In this document: positions 9,377-19,636 of the stretch, in pieces
Layout: each line of letters starts with the position of its first letter
Position numbering within the stretch: the stretch's first letter is position 1
Assembly (NCBI GenBank): GCA_016861265.1
Contig: BOLA01000001.1
Coordinates: forward strand, 139,569 to 203,568
From: Patescibacteria group bacterium
GTDB lineage: Bacteria > Patescibacteriota > Dojkabacteria > J137
Direction of reading: 5' to 3'
DNA: 64,000 bases
Made by a program: the position numbers and the translations under genes
The notes under the pieces: generated by a model
What the model was told of the DNA's origin: nothing
Database searches by the model: none
The model's input: only the letters and a program-made list of their open reading frames with translations

Positions 9377-10897
9377 ATGAAGAAAAAGAAAGTAGTACTA
9401 GTTATTATGGATGGCTGGGGACTAGCTCCGGATGATAAATTCAATGCAATTGCAAATGCAAAAACTCCTAACTTTGATAGATTAGTAAGAGATTATCCTA
9501 ACACAAGATTAAAATCTGATGGACTAGCCGTAGGGTTACCCGAGGGCCAATTTGGTACAAGCGAAGTTAACCACTTAACCATTGGAGCAGGCCGGGTTAT
9601 ATTACAAGACTTACCAAGAATAAATCACGCTATAGAAACTGAACAATTTTTTAGTAATAAGGCCATTGTAGATACTTTTAAATATACAGTCGAAAATAAT
9701 TCAAACCTAAACCTGATTGGATTATTGAGCGATGGTGGTGTACATACAACCATTGAACATTTATTTGCATTCTTTGAAGCAGCTAAAAGATTAAACTATA
9801 AACAGCAAATCAATTTACACGTTTTTACTGACGGAAGAGATGTTGCACCTAAATCTGCTGAAAAGTATTTTACTATGCTCGATCAAAAGATTCAGGAATA
9901 CAAAGAATTAAACATAAAATTGGCTACTGTACAGGGAAGAAGTTTCCTAGATAGAGATAGGGACTGGGCAAAAACCGAAAAAGCAGTCGAATTAATTACA
10001 AAAGGTGAGGGAAAGAGCTTCAGTGATTGGAAGGCGATTCTTAACTTTGAATATAATATTAATGTTACAGATGAATTCTTTCCACAGTATGTACTAGACA
10101 AGAGCGGGTTATTAGGCAAAAATGATGGAGTTATCTTCTTTCACTACAGAACCGATAGACTATACCAATTAGTAAAAAGAATACTTCAAGAAACTCAGTT
10201 AAATCTAAAGGCAATTACCATGATTAATGTAAGCGAGGAGTTTGATGTTGAAATGGCATTTCCAAGGGAATCTGTAAGCAATGTGCTTGCGGAAGTAATA
10301 TCCAAGGCTGAATTGCGACAACTACATACTACTGAAACCGAAAAATATGCTCACTTAACATTTTTCTTGAATGGTGAAAAAGAAAGGGAAATGCCGTACG
10401 AGGAATGGAAACTAGTTGAATCAAATAGATTTGTAAAGCCTTATTATAACTTTGAACCATCAATGCGAAACTTTGAAATTACAAAGAATATTTTAGATGG
10501 AATTGATAACGACAAATACGATTTTATAATTGCAAATCTATCAAGTGCAGACATGGTCGGCCATACTGGCAACTACGAGGCTGCAGTAGTATCTGCAGAG
10601 TCTGTAGATTACTGCCTAGGTCGAATTTATGAAGCAGTAAAGGATAAGCTTGATGATTATGCACTATTAATAACTGCCGATCATGGTAATTCAGATATTA
10701 TGTGGGACTATGAAAATAATCAGCCACACACACAGCACACCACATCACCTGTTCCTTTTGTAGTTGTTACCAATGGAAGATATAAATTACACAGAAGAGA
10801 AACTTTAAGCGATATTGCTCCTACTGTACTGGACTTAATGCATTTATCTAAACCATTCGAAATGACTGGTGATTCATTAATTATAGAAGAAAAATGA
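9377..10897 (+). CDS. gpmI: 2,3-BPG-independent phosphoglycerate mutase
   Basis: MDGWG, GLPEGQFGTSEVNH, SDGGVH, DGRDV, ETEKYAH, DMVGHTG, TADHGN, HTQHT. Confidence 0.96.
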   Translation: MKKKKVVLVIMDGWGLAPDDKFNAIANAKTPNFDRLVRDYPNTRLKSDGLAVGLPEGQFGTSEVNHLTIGAGRVILQDLPRINHAIETEQFFSNKAIVDTFKYTVENNSNLNLIGLLSDGGVHTTIEHLFAFFEAAKRLNYKQQINLHVFTDGRDVAPKSAEKYFTMLDQKIQEYKELNIKLATVQGRSFLDRDRDWAKTEKAVELITKGEGKSFSDWKAILNFEYNINVTDEFFPQYVLDKSGLLGKNDGVIFFHYRTDRLYQLVKRILQETQLNLKAITMINVSEEFDVEMAFPRESVSNVLAEVISKAELRQLHTTETEKYAHLTFFLNGEKEREMPYEEWKLVESNRFVKPYYNFEPSMRNFEITKNILDGIDNDKYDFIIANLSSADMVGHTGNYEAAVVSAESVDYCLGRIYEAVKDKLDDYALLITADHGNSDIMWDYENNQPHTQHTTSPVPFVVVTNGRYKLHRRETLSDIAPTVLDLMHLSKPFEMTGDSLIIEEK

Positions 10898-11472
10898 AAG
10901 ATATAACAAAAATACAAAATCTAATCGATGAATATGTACCCGGAGACAGTGTAGAAATTGGATACAAACAAAGAATAATTGGACTTCTTAACGAGCATGG
11001 TTTGAATGCCTTCAGTAATGAAAATTTTGATGATGGACATATTACAGGCAGTGCATTTGTATTCGATATAAATAAAAACTCTCTATTGCTTTTGCACCAT
11101 AAAAAATTAAATAGATGGTTGCAACCCGGAGGACACAGTGATGGTTTCCCAGATGTTTTGGAAACTGCGAAAAGAGAAATTTACGAGGAAACAGGAATTA
11201 CTGAATTTAGTACAGATGGTAGAATTTTTGATATTGATATTCATCTAATTCCAGCAAAAGAAGGTAAACACCCTGAACATTATCATTACGACGTTAGGTT
11301 CTTGTTCTTAAGCGATTCAACAATACCCCCGGTCTTGAATGTTGCAGAAACCAATGAGATAAAATGGGTGGATCTTAAAGAAATATATGAATATGTAAAT
11401 AGCGAAGACATTACAATAAAAAGAGTCATAAAAAAGCTGGAAAATATTAAAAAAGACGAAAAAGATATATAA
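10894..11472 (+). CDS. NUDIX hydrolase
   Basis: Nudix box GGHSDG...AKREIYEETG; GHITGSA; HYDVRF; overlaps the gpmI stop (ATGA). Confidence 0.9.
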   Translation: MKDITKIQNLIDEYVPGDSVEIGYKQRIIGLLNEHGLNAFSNENFDDGHITGSAFVFDINKNSLLLLHHKKLNRWLQPGGHSDGFPDVLETAKREIYEETGITEFSTDGRIFDIDIHLIPAKEGKHPEHYHYDVRFLFLSDSTIPPVLNVAETNEIKWVDLKEIYEYVNSEDITIKRVIKKLENIKKDEKDI

Positions 11473-11634
11473 GTTTTTATATTGCTAAAAAATAAATATT
11501 AATTACTTACTAAAAACTTTTTTCTATTAGACTTTGCACTAATTGTATTCTTAGCTAAAGCTAAGCGAAATAATTATAAAATCTATCAAAAAGAGATATA
11601 ATTAGCTTGTTTAAATAATTATTATTAATTCAAT

Positions 11635-12210
11635 ATGGGATTCGAAATTATTTTACTGCTAATTTGCTGTGTTGTATTAGTAGTCGCAGGTGGAATTGCA
11701 CTATATGTGCTTGGGGTTTATAACTCATTAAGAACTCAAAATGTGTTGGTAGATGAAGGCTGGAGCGGAATTGATGTTCAACTTAAAAAGAGATTCGATT
11801 TAATACCTAACCTGGTAGAAACAGTTAAGGGTTATGCAAAGCATGAATCAGCAATATTCGAAAAAGTAGCAGAATTAAGAAGCGGAATGATGAATGCAAA
11901 AACACCTGAAGAAGTAGGAAAATACGAAGGTGAATTAAGAGGAACATTAAAAACTTTATTTGCTGTTGCAGAAAATTACCCAGAATTAAAGGCAAATGAA
12001 AATTTTATGTCTCTTCAATCATCACTTCAGACAATTGAAGGTGACCTTGAGAGCGCAAGAAGATATTACAATGGTGCTGTTAGAGATTTAAATACCAAGA
12101 TAGTTGTATTCCCAAATAGCTTTATTGCAGGAATATTTAATATTAAAGCTAGACAATTTTTTGAAGTATCTACAGAAGCAGAAAGAGAGAATGTTAAGGT
12201 GAGTTTCTAA
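11635..12210 (+). CDS. lemA: LemA family protein
   Basis: N-terminal TM, WSGIDVQLKKRFDLIPNLVETVKGYA, ENYPELKAN, RRYYNGAV. Confidence 0.95.
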   Translation: MGFEIILLLICCVVLVVAGGIALYVLGVYNSLRTQNVLVDEGWSGIDVQLKKRFDLIPNLVETVKGYAKHESAIFEKVAELRSGMMNAKTPEEVGKYEGELRGTLKTLFAVAENYPELKANENFMSLQSSLQTIEGDLESARRYYNGAVRDLNTKIVVFPNSFIAGIFNIKARQFFEVSTEAERENVKVSF

Positions 12211-12226
12211 AACATAATCGAAATTT

Positions 12227-12250
12227 AAAGGGCGCCTTTAGGCGCCCTTT
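12227..12250. terminator. Bidirectional terminator between lemA and trhO
   Basis: aaagggcgcc-ttta-ggcgcccttt. Confidence 0.85.
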
Positions 12251-12267
12251 TGTTTTATTATCAAAAT

Positions 12268-13170
12268 TTAGGCTAATACTTCGATAGTTGCCAATGCCTT
12301 TTGTTCACAATCATTACTACAATAAGCCTTACCATCTACTGCATAGCAATTTTTACAGCACACAATGTGCCTTCTCCCTTTACAATGAATATATGCGCAA
12401 TCAATATAATTATCACTAACTGCACCGCATTTCTCACACTTTGAAACAATAGTATGTTTATCCGAATCTGTTTCAAAACCCATTACTACTCTTCCATCGA
12501 ATACATATAATTTTCCCAGAAAATCTTCATTCGGGTACTTTTCCATATAAGTCACAATTCCATTGTGTAATTGGTAAACATTCTTAAAACCCTTGCTTAC
12601 TAAATATCCAGATGCTTTCTCGCATCTAACACCGCCCGTACACACGGTTACAATTTTTTTATCCTTTAAATGTTCCCAATCTTTGATTATATTTGGTAAA
12701 TCTCTAAAGTTTTTTAGTGCAGGTAAAATTGAGTCCTTAAAATATCCTACCTTATGCTCATAGTCATTTCTCATGTCTATAATGTAAAACTCTTCTCCTG
12801 ATTTAAATAAGTCATGGAGTTCTTCTGCTGACATGTATTTACCAGTTGTAACATTTGGGTCTACATCCTCATCTCCTAAATGAGCACTTACTAATTCACT
12901 TCTAACCTTCACAGAGATTTTAGGGAATGCATTACCGGTACCTTCACTGATCTTAAAATTCATATTAGTGAACCTAGAATCTTCAAGCATTACCTGCATA
13001 TATTTTTCTGTATCAGGTTTTAAACCCTCTAGGGTTCCATTAATACCTTCTTTAGACACTATAATTCTACTTTTAAGATTCAACTCTTTACATAGCTGTT
13101 TCTGTTCCTCCATTAACTTTGCGGGATCGTCTATTTTTACGTATTTATAATATAGTAGTATTTGATGCAT
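12268..13170 (-). CDS. trhO: Rhodanese-domain protein UPF0176 / tRNA U34 hydroxylase TrhO-like
   Basis: LYYKY, EGINGT, DMRNDYE, CTGGVRCEK, GKLYVFDGR, C-terminal Cys cluster. Confidence 0.88.
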   Translation of the reverse strand: MHQILLYYKYVKIDDPAKLMEEQKQLCKELNLKSRIIVSKEGINGTLEGLKPDTEKYMQVMLEDSRFTNMNFKISEGTGNAFPKISVKVRSELVSAHLGDEDVDPNVTTGKYMSAEELHDLFKSGEEFYIIDMRNDYEHKVGYFKDSILPALKNFRDLPNIIKDWEHLKDKKIVTVCTGGVRCEKASGYLVSKGFKNVYQLHNGIVTYMEKYPNEDFLGKLYVFDGRVVMGFETDSDKHTIVSKCEKCGAVSDNYIDCAYIHCKGRRHIVCCKNCYAVDGKAYCSNDCEQKALATIEVLA

Positions 13171-13212
13171 AGATGTAGATTATATCATTAATAGAACTGT
13201 ATTTAGCAAGGG

Positions 13213-14988
13213 TTACTGCCTTGGAACTCCTATAACATCCTTAATTGCCTGAAATGTATCTAACCATAAAGGCCTTACATTATAGGCAGACAGGTTTTCA
13301 CCCGCAGGTTCTTGTGGTCTCTCCAATTTAATTCCCATAACAAATGTTCTTTGAGAAGATTGGTCGAAGCCAACAAAGGATGCATTAATTTCGTCTGAGT
13401 AAGTACCATTCTGTGCAATTAAAGCAGTACCAGACTTAACACCTAAATTATAATTAATAATGTCATCGTACCACCACTCACCATAATATATAGCTTTCTG
13501 ATAGTTATAGTTCATCATATAAAACATTTTTTCCGCAGTTTCCGCTTTAAGTACCGTATCTAGAATCTGCGGTTTATATTCGCTTACATTACCATCACTA
13601 TCCACTACCTTTGTAACAACATAGGGTTTCATTCTTACTCCATTATTAGCTATTGCAGATACTGCAGATACAGCCTGAACGAGATTTACTAAGTAACCGT
13701 GACCGTAGGACATAGCCGCAACATCCCCAATGTTAAAATCCTTTGCATCTTTTATGGGCCAATAGGATTCTCCTGCTAAATCAACTCCTGTACTTTTTCC
13801 AATTCCGAATCTTACTAAATAGTCATGAAATTCTTCCTTGCTTAAATGCTCCTTAGCTAAATGGAATAAACAAATATTATCTGATTTAGCAAAACAATCC
13901 TTTAATGGCATTGCCGGCTGCGGTACGTGATCCCAAGTACACAAGTCACCTAATTCATCTGTAAATTTTTCACAACCTTGGTGTCCGTTTGGTAGAATTA
14001 CAGTTTCAGATGTTACTCTATCTAGGTCTACAGTTGCCGCTATAGTTAAAGCTTTCCCAATTGATCCCATTTCATATGGAGCCGACAAAGCCTCGTTTCC
14101 ATAAGCAGCAGGATCTTTTTCTTCTCTAAGATTTGGATCGTAATCTGGGTAATTTGCCAATGTAAGAATCTGACCTGTCTTCGGATCCATAATTGCTGCA
14201 GAACCAGATAAGGCCTTATACTTTTCAACACCTTCCTTTAACTTTTGCTGCACTATTTCCTGCAGCTTTTTATTTATTGAAGTATATACTGCACTGCCGT
14301 TTTTTGGTTCTATGGTGGCTGTAAGCGCCGTAGCAATAGCCTCTCCTTTAGCATTTGTCTCTTGAACTAAAATTCCCTTTATAGGGTTTAGAATCTCATT
14401 CCAGCCTTCTTCGATTCCTCCCAATCCAATAGTTTTATCGTTAATAACATTAGTTAACCCGACAACGTGGCTAGCAAGTCTTTTTTCAGGGTAAATTCTC
14501 TTTGATTTGTTTTCAAATTGAAAGCCTTTTAACTGTGTATCGAATTCATCTGCCTTAAGATCGTTTAACTGATTCCATTGTTTATCTGAAAGTGACTTTG
14601 CCACAGGAACCCATAGGATTCCCTTATTAGAATATTCTTCAATTGTAGATTCCAGATTCTCTGCAGTTGAGTCAATTATTGGTGCTACCTTTCTTAAGAA
14701 TTCTTCTCTAGTTTGAAGCTTTAGGTTTTCGTAATATTCGAGATCCTTAACCCAAATATACATATCAAATCTTGGTTCCGAATAGGCTAATGTAGTACCG
14801 TCATTCGAAAATATAGTACCTCTTACAGAATTGATTTCCGATGTTGTTGAACGTTGACGAGCGAGTTTAGTCATTCTTGAGGCTTCGACTGCTTGCCATC
14901 TAAAAGTAGCAAATACCAGCAAGAAACCGAATACAAGAATAATTATATGAATTGTCTTAACTTTTCCTATTAAGGTAGAGTTGTTCAT
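13213..14988 (-). CDS. ftsI: Class B penicillin-binding protein (FtsI-like)
   Basis: N-terminal TM, RGTI, RIYP, SxxK (SIGK), SDN, KSGTA; follows mraZ-rsmH-ftsL. Confidence 0.9.
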   Translation of the reverse strand: MNNSTLIGKVKTIHIIILVFGFLLVFATFRWQAVEASRMTKLARQRSTTSEINSVRGTIFSNDGTTLAYSEPRFDMYIWVKDLEYYENLKLQTREEFLRKVAPIIDSTAENLESTIEEYSNKGILWVPVAKSLSDKQWNQLNDLKADEFDTQLKGFQFENKSKRIYPEKRLASHVVGLTNVINDKTIGLGGIEEGWNEILNPIKGILVQETNAKGEAIATALTATIEPKNGSAVYTSINKKLQEIVQQKLKEGVEKYKALSGSAAIMDPKTGQILTLANYPDYDPNLREEKDPAAYGNEALSAPYEMGSIGKALTIAATVDLDRVTSETVILPNGHQGCEKFTDELGDLCTWDHVPQPAMPLKDCFAKSDNICLFHLAKEHLSKEEFHDYLVRFGIGKSTGVDLAGESYWPIKDAKDFNIGDVAAMSYGHGYLVNLVQAVSAVSAIANNGVRMKPYVVTKVVDSDGNVSEYKPQILDTVLKAETAEKMFYMMNYNYQKAIYYGEWWYDDIINYNLGVKSGTALIAQNGTYSDEINASFVGFDQSSQRTFVMGIKLERPQEPAGENLSAYNVRPLWLDTFQAIKDVIGVPRQ

Positions 14989-15311
14989 TTATTTAGTGCA
15001 ACGTTATTACCGTCTGTCTTTTCTAAAAAATTTACGTTTTTTCCTTCGAGTCCGGCTTTTTGAGCAAGATCCTTGGCATTATCTAAAGATTTAGCACCAT
15101 CAATTTTTGAAGTAAGTATTTCATTTTCTAATCTTAGTTCAGCCTTTTCCTGTCTTACATTATCGATCTCTTCACTTTTAGTTCCCACCATAGAAGTAAC
15201 TACCACCTGAGTACCTACATATAAAACTGCTAGAACAATAATTAACGTACCTAGGTATGAATTTAATTTATTAAATGAGATGCTTTTTGTTTGTCTATTA
15301 GTATTTTTCAT
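14985..15311 (-). CDS. ftsL: FtsL-like bitopic coiled-coil protein
   Basis: One TM plus coiled coil, located between rsmH and ftsI. Confidence 0.7.
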   Translation of the reverse strand: MKNTNRQTKSISFNKLNSYLGTLIIVLAVLYVGTQVVVTSMVGTKSEEIDNVRQEKAELRLENEILTSKIDGAKSLDNAKDLAQKAGLEGKNVNFLEKTDGNNVALNK

Positions 15312-15314
15312 GTC

Positions 15315-16283
15315 TTATAGTTTTATATATGTATAAAGTTTTGCACTTCTAGATCTAATATTCTCCTTAATCTCTTCAACTGATGGCCTTACAAAGAGTT
15401 CATCACCACGTTTACTTGTTACATCTATCGCTTGTTTTTCTAGATTACTTTGCAAAAAAGGAACAATTGCCTTGTCTTCACCACTATGGAAAGTTATAAC
15501 TCCCATTGTGCCTTTTTCATTAAGTAACTCAAATGTTGATTCCATCAAAGTTGTTAAATTGGTTAATTCTGCATTAACAGCAATTCTTAAAGCCTGAAAT
15601 ACTCTAGAATAAGTTTTATATACCTCATTCTTCTGAAATCTGTTTCCTTGTTTGAATTTAAAACTTCTATCAATTATTAGTTTTAAATCTCTTACTTTAT
15701 TGATTGATCCTTTTTTTCTAAAGCTTATTACTTCACCGACCAAATTTTGATTAGATTTACCATAAACATCGGCATATCTCTCGAACATCTTAGAAAGCTC
15801 ACTTCTGCCTAGTCCATTAAGTAAATCTGCAGCCGTTACACCTAAGTCTTTGTCGAATCTCATGTCTAAGAATGCTTCTACATCGGTTTCATAAGATAGA
15901 CCCTCGATATCAATAAGTTCATCACTAGACCAACCTAAGTCTGCTATAATTCCATCGACGGAATTAATCCCTATTTTTACCAACTCATCTTTAATTGCTA
16001 CAAAATTTTTATTAACTAGATAAACATTCACCTTGTTATTTTTTAATACGATTAATGAGTCTTTTTCTTCTTGAACAGAAAAACCTTCTTTTGTAAGAAT
16101 CTTACAGAAGTTATCTATTGCTTTAAAACTAAGATCAAAACAAATTAAATTTCCGGACTTTAAACTTTTAAGGATCTCTTGACTGTGTCCACCAGCTCCT
16201 AAAGTACAATCAACAACTGTTTTTGTACCACTCAGGTCCAAACTTTCAACTAATTGTTTTAGTAATACACTTTTATGAATCAT
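15315..16283 (-). CDS. rsmH: 16S rRNA m4C1402 methyltransferase
   Basis: HKSVLL, DCTLGAGGHS, DLGWSS, LDMR, FQALRIAVN, ITFHSGED, SRSAKL. Confidence 0.95.
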   Translation of the reverse strand: MIHKSVLLKQLVESLDLSGTKTVVDCTLGAGGHSQEILKSLKSGNLICFDLSFKAIDNFCKILTKEGFSVQEEKDSLIVLKNNKVNVYLVNKNFVAIKDELVKIGINSVDGIIADLGWSSDELIDIEGLSYETDVEAFLDMRFDKDLGVTAADLLNGLGRSELSKMFERYADVYGKSNQNLVGEVISFRKKGSINKVRDLKLIIDRSFKFKQGNRFQKNEVYKTYSRVFQALRIAVNAELTNLTTLMESTFELLNEKGTMGVITFHSGEDKAIVPFLQSNLEKQAIDVTSKRGDELFVRPSVEEIKENIRSRSAKLYTYIKL

Positions 16284-16705
16284 TTTGTACTTAATCTTTC
16301 TGCCAGGTCGGCCACATTGTTTGTTAAATTATTGAGTTTATCTAACCATCTTTCTTCACTCCAAATTTCAATCCATTCACCAACTCCAAGAAATATTATT
16401 TTCTGGCTTATGCTGGCAAATCCTTTTAATCCTTCAGGAATTACAAATCTACCCAAAGAATCGTATTCAATTTCAACAGCTCCTCCTACAATAAATCTTT
16501 TTGTATCTCTTACACTTAAGGACAGTAATGGGCTTCTATTAATTTCTTCAATTAAACTTTCCCATCTTTTGGTGTCTACCATTATTAGGCATTGTTCGTA
16601 ACCCCTTGTTACAAATACCTTTCCGGTAAGACTTTCCCTAAGCTTTTTAGGAATTGCTATTCTGTTTTTATCACCAATAACGGTTGAATACTCGCCAATT
16701 AACAT
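16280..16705 (-). CDS. mraZ: Transcriptional regulator MraZ
   Basis: MLIGEY, DKNRIAIP, DSLGRFVIP, GVGEWIEIW. Confidence 0.95.
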   Translation of the reverse strand: MLIGEYSTVIGDKNRIAIPKKLRESLTGKVFVTRGYEQCLIMVDTKRWESLIEEINRSPLLSLSVRDTKRFIVGGAVEIEYDSLGRFVIPEGLKGFASISQKIIFLGVGEWIEIWSEERWLDKLNNLTNNVADLAERLSTK

Positions 16706-16790
16706 CGTAAGCAGTAATTATGGAAGCTAAAGCAGTAGAAACAGTTAAAAGTATTTCGGTTTAGTGCAATTTGTTTTGTTTCTTTAATTT

Positions 16791-16845
16791 CCACTTTTTA
16801 CCACTTTCTACCACTTATATTAAAAGCTATTAAAACTAATGTCAA
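16791..16845 (-). promoter_or_regulatory. mraZ promoter with three MraZ-box repeats
   Basis: TTGACA-17-TAATAT followed by AAGTGG x3 at exact 10-bp period (plus-strand ccact at 16791, 16801, 16811). Confidence 0.85.
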
Positions 16846-17014
16846 CAATAAATATCCAAAGATATTAACATATACGCAACTTTTTAATATCAAAAATGGT
16901 ATACGCCACTAAAATCTTTTCCAGACAGTATTTTAGATAATTTAAAATGCTAATAAGAAAATTTATAAAAAAAAGTACCGAAGATTGGTACTTTAACTTT
17001 AAGCGGGAATTTAC

Positions 17015-17392
17015 TTAATCCATTAAAACTCCATAGCCGGTAATCCTTGAATCGAACTCGTAGCCTAAATTACACATTTCTATTACAACAGATTTTATTT
17101 CCTCGAGGGCTATTGGAATATTTATATTTCCTACGACATTATAGTGACTATCAATGCTACTATACTCAATATCATAAACGTTACGCTGCTTTAATGCATT
17201 TACTAGATCAAGAGCATTATCTAATTGACTGGACACAAAGCTAAAATCAAAGCTAACAGATTGATGTTGCTTGTAACCTCGCTCATAGAGCTGATCTAGT
17301 ATAGACTGGATATCGGTGGTGAAGCTATTCAAGTCTTCGTTAAGTTGAGGCTCCGAATAAAACCTTCTATTTCTATTCCAGAAAAAGTTCAT
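17015..17392 (-). CDS. RraB-like (regulator of RNase E activity B) domain protein
   Basis: Pattern L..L...G....vsFdFsF...A..L...L...mCnLgyef....tGyG resembles the RraB domain. Confidence 0.55.
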   Translation of the reverse strand: MNFFWNRNRRFYSEPQLNEDLNSFTTDIQSILDQLYERGYKQHQSVSFDFSFVSSQLDNALDLVNALKQRNVYDIEYSSIDSHYNVVGNINIPIALEEIKSVVIEMCNLGYEFDSRITGYGVLMD

Positions 17393-17399
17393 TGCTATT

Positions 17400-19385
17400 C
17401 TAATTTAATTCCCAGTTCTGAATATTTCTAAATCTATCTTCCACTGTAGCAACATTTGCTAAGTCTACTTTTGTAACACTCGTATTTGTATAGTACAAAA
17501 ACTGTGGATGATACAAGAATGTAACCGGTGCATCCTCTGCTATTAAAGTTTGAATTTCTGCATAGTTACTAGCTCTTTCCTGACTAGCAGTAGATGGATC
17601 GAATGTTCGAGTTATTTCTAGTAATCTATCTACCTTTGGAAGTGTTTCTAGACTACTCTCTCCTTCTTTTCTATTTTCCCTAGGTCTTACAGTTTGAGCA
17701 GAACCTACATAGCTGGAAATATTCAAACCCGGATCTACAGACTGAGAGCTATGAAATAATTCAAATCTATCTGGGTCAATAAATGTATTCATTCCATATA
17801 GAATGGCATCAAATGACCTTGGCGCAAGAACTTCTCTATTAATTTCATCTAGACTCCAGCCTGAAGGAGAAGATTCAGAAGCATCCTGACCGGGCATTTG
17901 TCTTCTATCAATAATCACCCTAATTCCAATATCTTCAAGATTTTTCTGTATTACTCTTGCAACATTTACTCTATCAAAACTATTTACAAAGTATAGGGAA
18001 AAGCTCATTTCCTCACCTTTATCGTTTGTTCTAATTTTTTGATTACCTTTTAAAGTCCAACCTTCTTCATCTAAGAGCTTCTCGGCCTTATCTGGGTCGT
18101 AAGTAGACCACCCGGCATTCTTATTAAAGAAAGCAGATTTCTGAGTAATCGGACCAAACGCTTCATCACCTACACCCAAAAGAGCATTCTCTATTATTTC
18201 GTACCGACTTATCGCGGATGAGATCGCCTTTCTAACTTTCGCATTCTGGAAGAAAGCCGGGCCTTTTGCATTTCCTTCAGGATCTTTTTTTAGATTAAAG
18301 TACATTCCCCAATATTGGTTATCTAACACTGGACTTAAGTTAATACTAATATTAGTATTCTTCTCTAATTCATTTTTATATTCAACGGATATACTTGCAA
18401 GACTGTGAGATTCTCCATTCTTAATTGATTTTACGGCATCCTCAAGCGAGGTGTAATATTTGAATTGAATTGAAGAAATATGCGGTGAATGATCGTTAAG
18501 TGAATAAATATAGTCATTATTTTTTACCAGTGTAACGCTTTGATTGTCAGCAGAGTAGAATCTATACTTACCTGTACCTACAGGGTATCTAAAAATGTCT
18601 GCATCAGAGTTATTAACCTGAGTCTCCGTTAAGTTTGTAATTTTATGAGCCGGTACAATACTAATACTTACAAGCTCTAAAAAGTTTGAGAAAATTGGAT
18701 TGTCTTTACTTTCGTTGCAACTTGCCTGACTATCGGAACCTTTTGTACATAACCTTATGGAGTAATCCCCGACTTTTTCCCACTTCATCTGTTTTATAGC
18801 CTTAATATAAGCATTATCTGTTCTACTTAGACTTGCTACCAGATTTAGAGTTGCAATAACATCGTCTGCATTAAATTCAGTATCGTCGTGCCATCTAACT
18901 CCTCTTCTTAGGTTAAATTGATAGTCCGATCCCTCTTTGATTTTAATTACATCGCTTGCCAGCACATTATTTACCTGTGGTTGCCATGCACCATCGGATT
19001 GCTGAACATATTCATATTTAATTAGTGGTTCATATATTAAACTTACCAAATCCTTTTCCAACTGAATATTTGTAGGCAGTATTGGATTAACCTTATTAAC
19101 CCTCTGCAGATGACCATTAGCATCGGTTCCCATAACTACAGCTTCGACTAATGTTTTGGTAGGATTATTGATAATTGCTTTGTACCTTGTATTACCGAAT
19201 ACAATAAAAATAAGGGCAAAAGCAGCTATACCTGCCAAGAAGTGTGAATATGGAACAGATAGCCTGTAAATAGCCGCAAATTTAGTCTTTAGAGAATTAT
19301 CACCGAATAATTTTTCAGGATAATCCCAAAAGAAGTCTCTAAGACTATATATTAATTTTTCTAATGAATTGAAAATGTTAGGCAT
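17400..19385 (-). CDS. Peptide ABC transporter substrate-binding protein (family 5), TM-anchored
   Basis: LIYEPL, LRRGVRWHD..FNADDV, PVGTGKY, VRKAIS.AI, YDPDKAEKLLDEEGW; no permease or ATPase adjacent. Confidence 0.88.
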   Translation of the reverse strand: MPNIFNSLEKLIYSLRDFFWDYPEKLFGDNSLKTKFAAIYRLSVPYSHFLAGIAAFALIFIVFGNTRYKAIINNPTKTLVEAVVMGTDANGHLQRVNKVNPILPTNIQLEKDLVSLIYEPLIKYEYVQQSDGAWQPQVNNVLASDVIKIKEGSDYQFNLRRGVRWHDDTEFNADDVIATLNLVASLSRTDNAYIKAIKQMKWEKVGDYSIRLCTKGSDSQASCNESKDNPIFSNFLELVSISIVPAHKITNLTETQVNNSDADIFRYPVGTGKYRFYSADNQSVTLVKNNDYIYSLNDHSPHISSIQFKYYTSLEDAVKSIKNGESHSLASISVEYKNELEKNTNISINLSPVLDNQYWGMYFNLKKDPEGNAKGPAFFQNAKVRKAISSAISRYEIIENALLGVGDEAFGPITQKSAFFNKNAGWSTYDPDKAEKLLDEEGWTLKGNQKIRTNDKGEEMSFSLYFVNSFDRVNVARVIQKNLEDIGIRVIIDRRQMPGQDASESSPSGWSLDEINREVLAPRSFDAILYGMNTFIDPDRFELFHSSQSVDPGLNISSYVGSAQTVRPRENRKEGESSLETLPKVDRLLEITRTFDPSTASQERASNYAEIQTLIAEDAPVTFLYHPQFLYYTNTSVTKVDLANVATVEDRFRNIQNWELN

Positions 19386-19611
19386 TTAGAACAGCTATAC
19401 TTAAAGATATCACTGCAAACAGTATACCTAAAATTATAGTGCCGTTGTACAAAAAAGCTTCTAAACCTCTCTTTGACCTGTAGAATTCACCCCCGCCTGA
19501 ACCTCCGAAAACTGTTCCTAGGCCTCCGCTTCTATTCTGTAATAGTACAGTTATTACTAGTAGTACTGAGTCAATAGCCAGTACGTATTTTAAAATGTCA
19601 GTTATAGTCAT
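19378..19611 (-). CDS. secG: Preprotein translocase subunit SecG
   Basis: Two TM with VLLQNRSGGLGTVFGG and RGLEAFL. Confidence 0.92.
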   Translation of the reverse strand: MTITDILKYVLAIDSVLLVITVLLQNRSGGLGTVFGGSGGGEFYRSKRGLEAFLYNGTIILGILFAVISLSIAVLNA

Positions 19612-19636
19612 AAATATTCTTTAAAATCTTCAAAAA

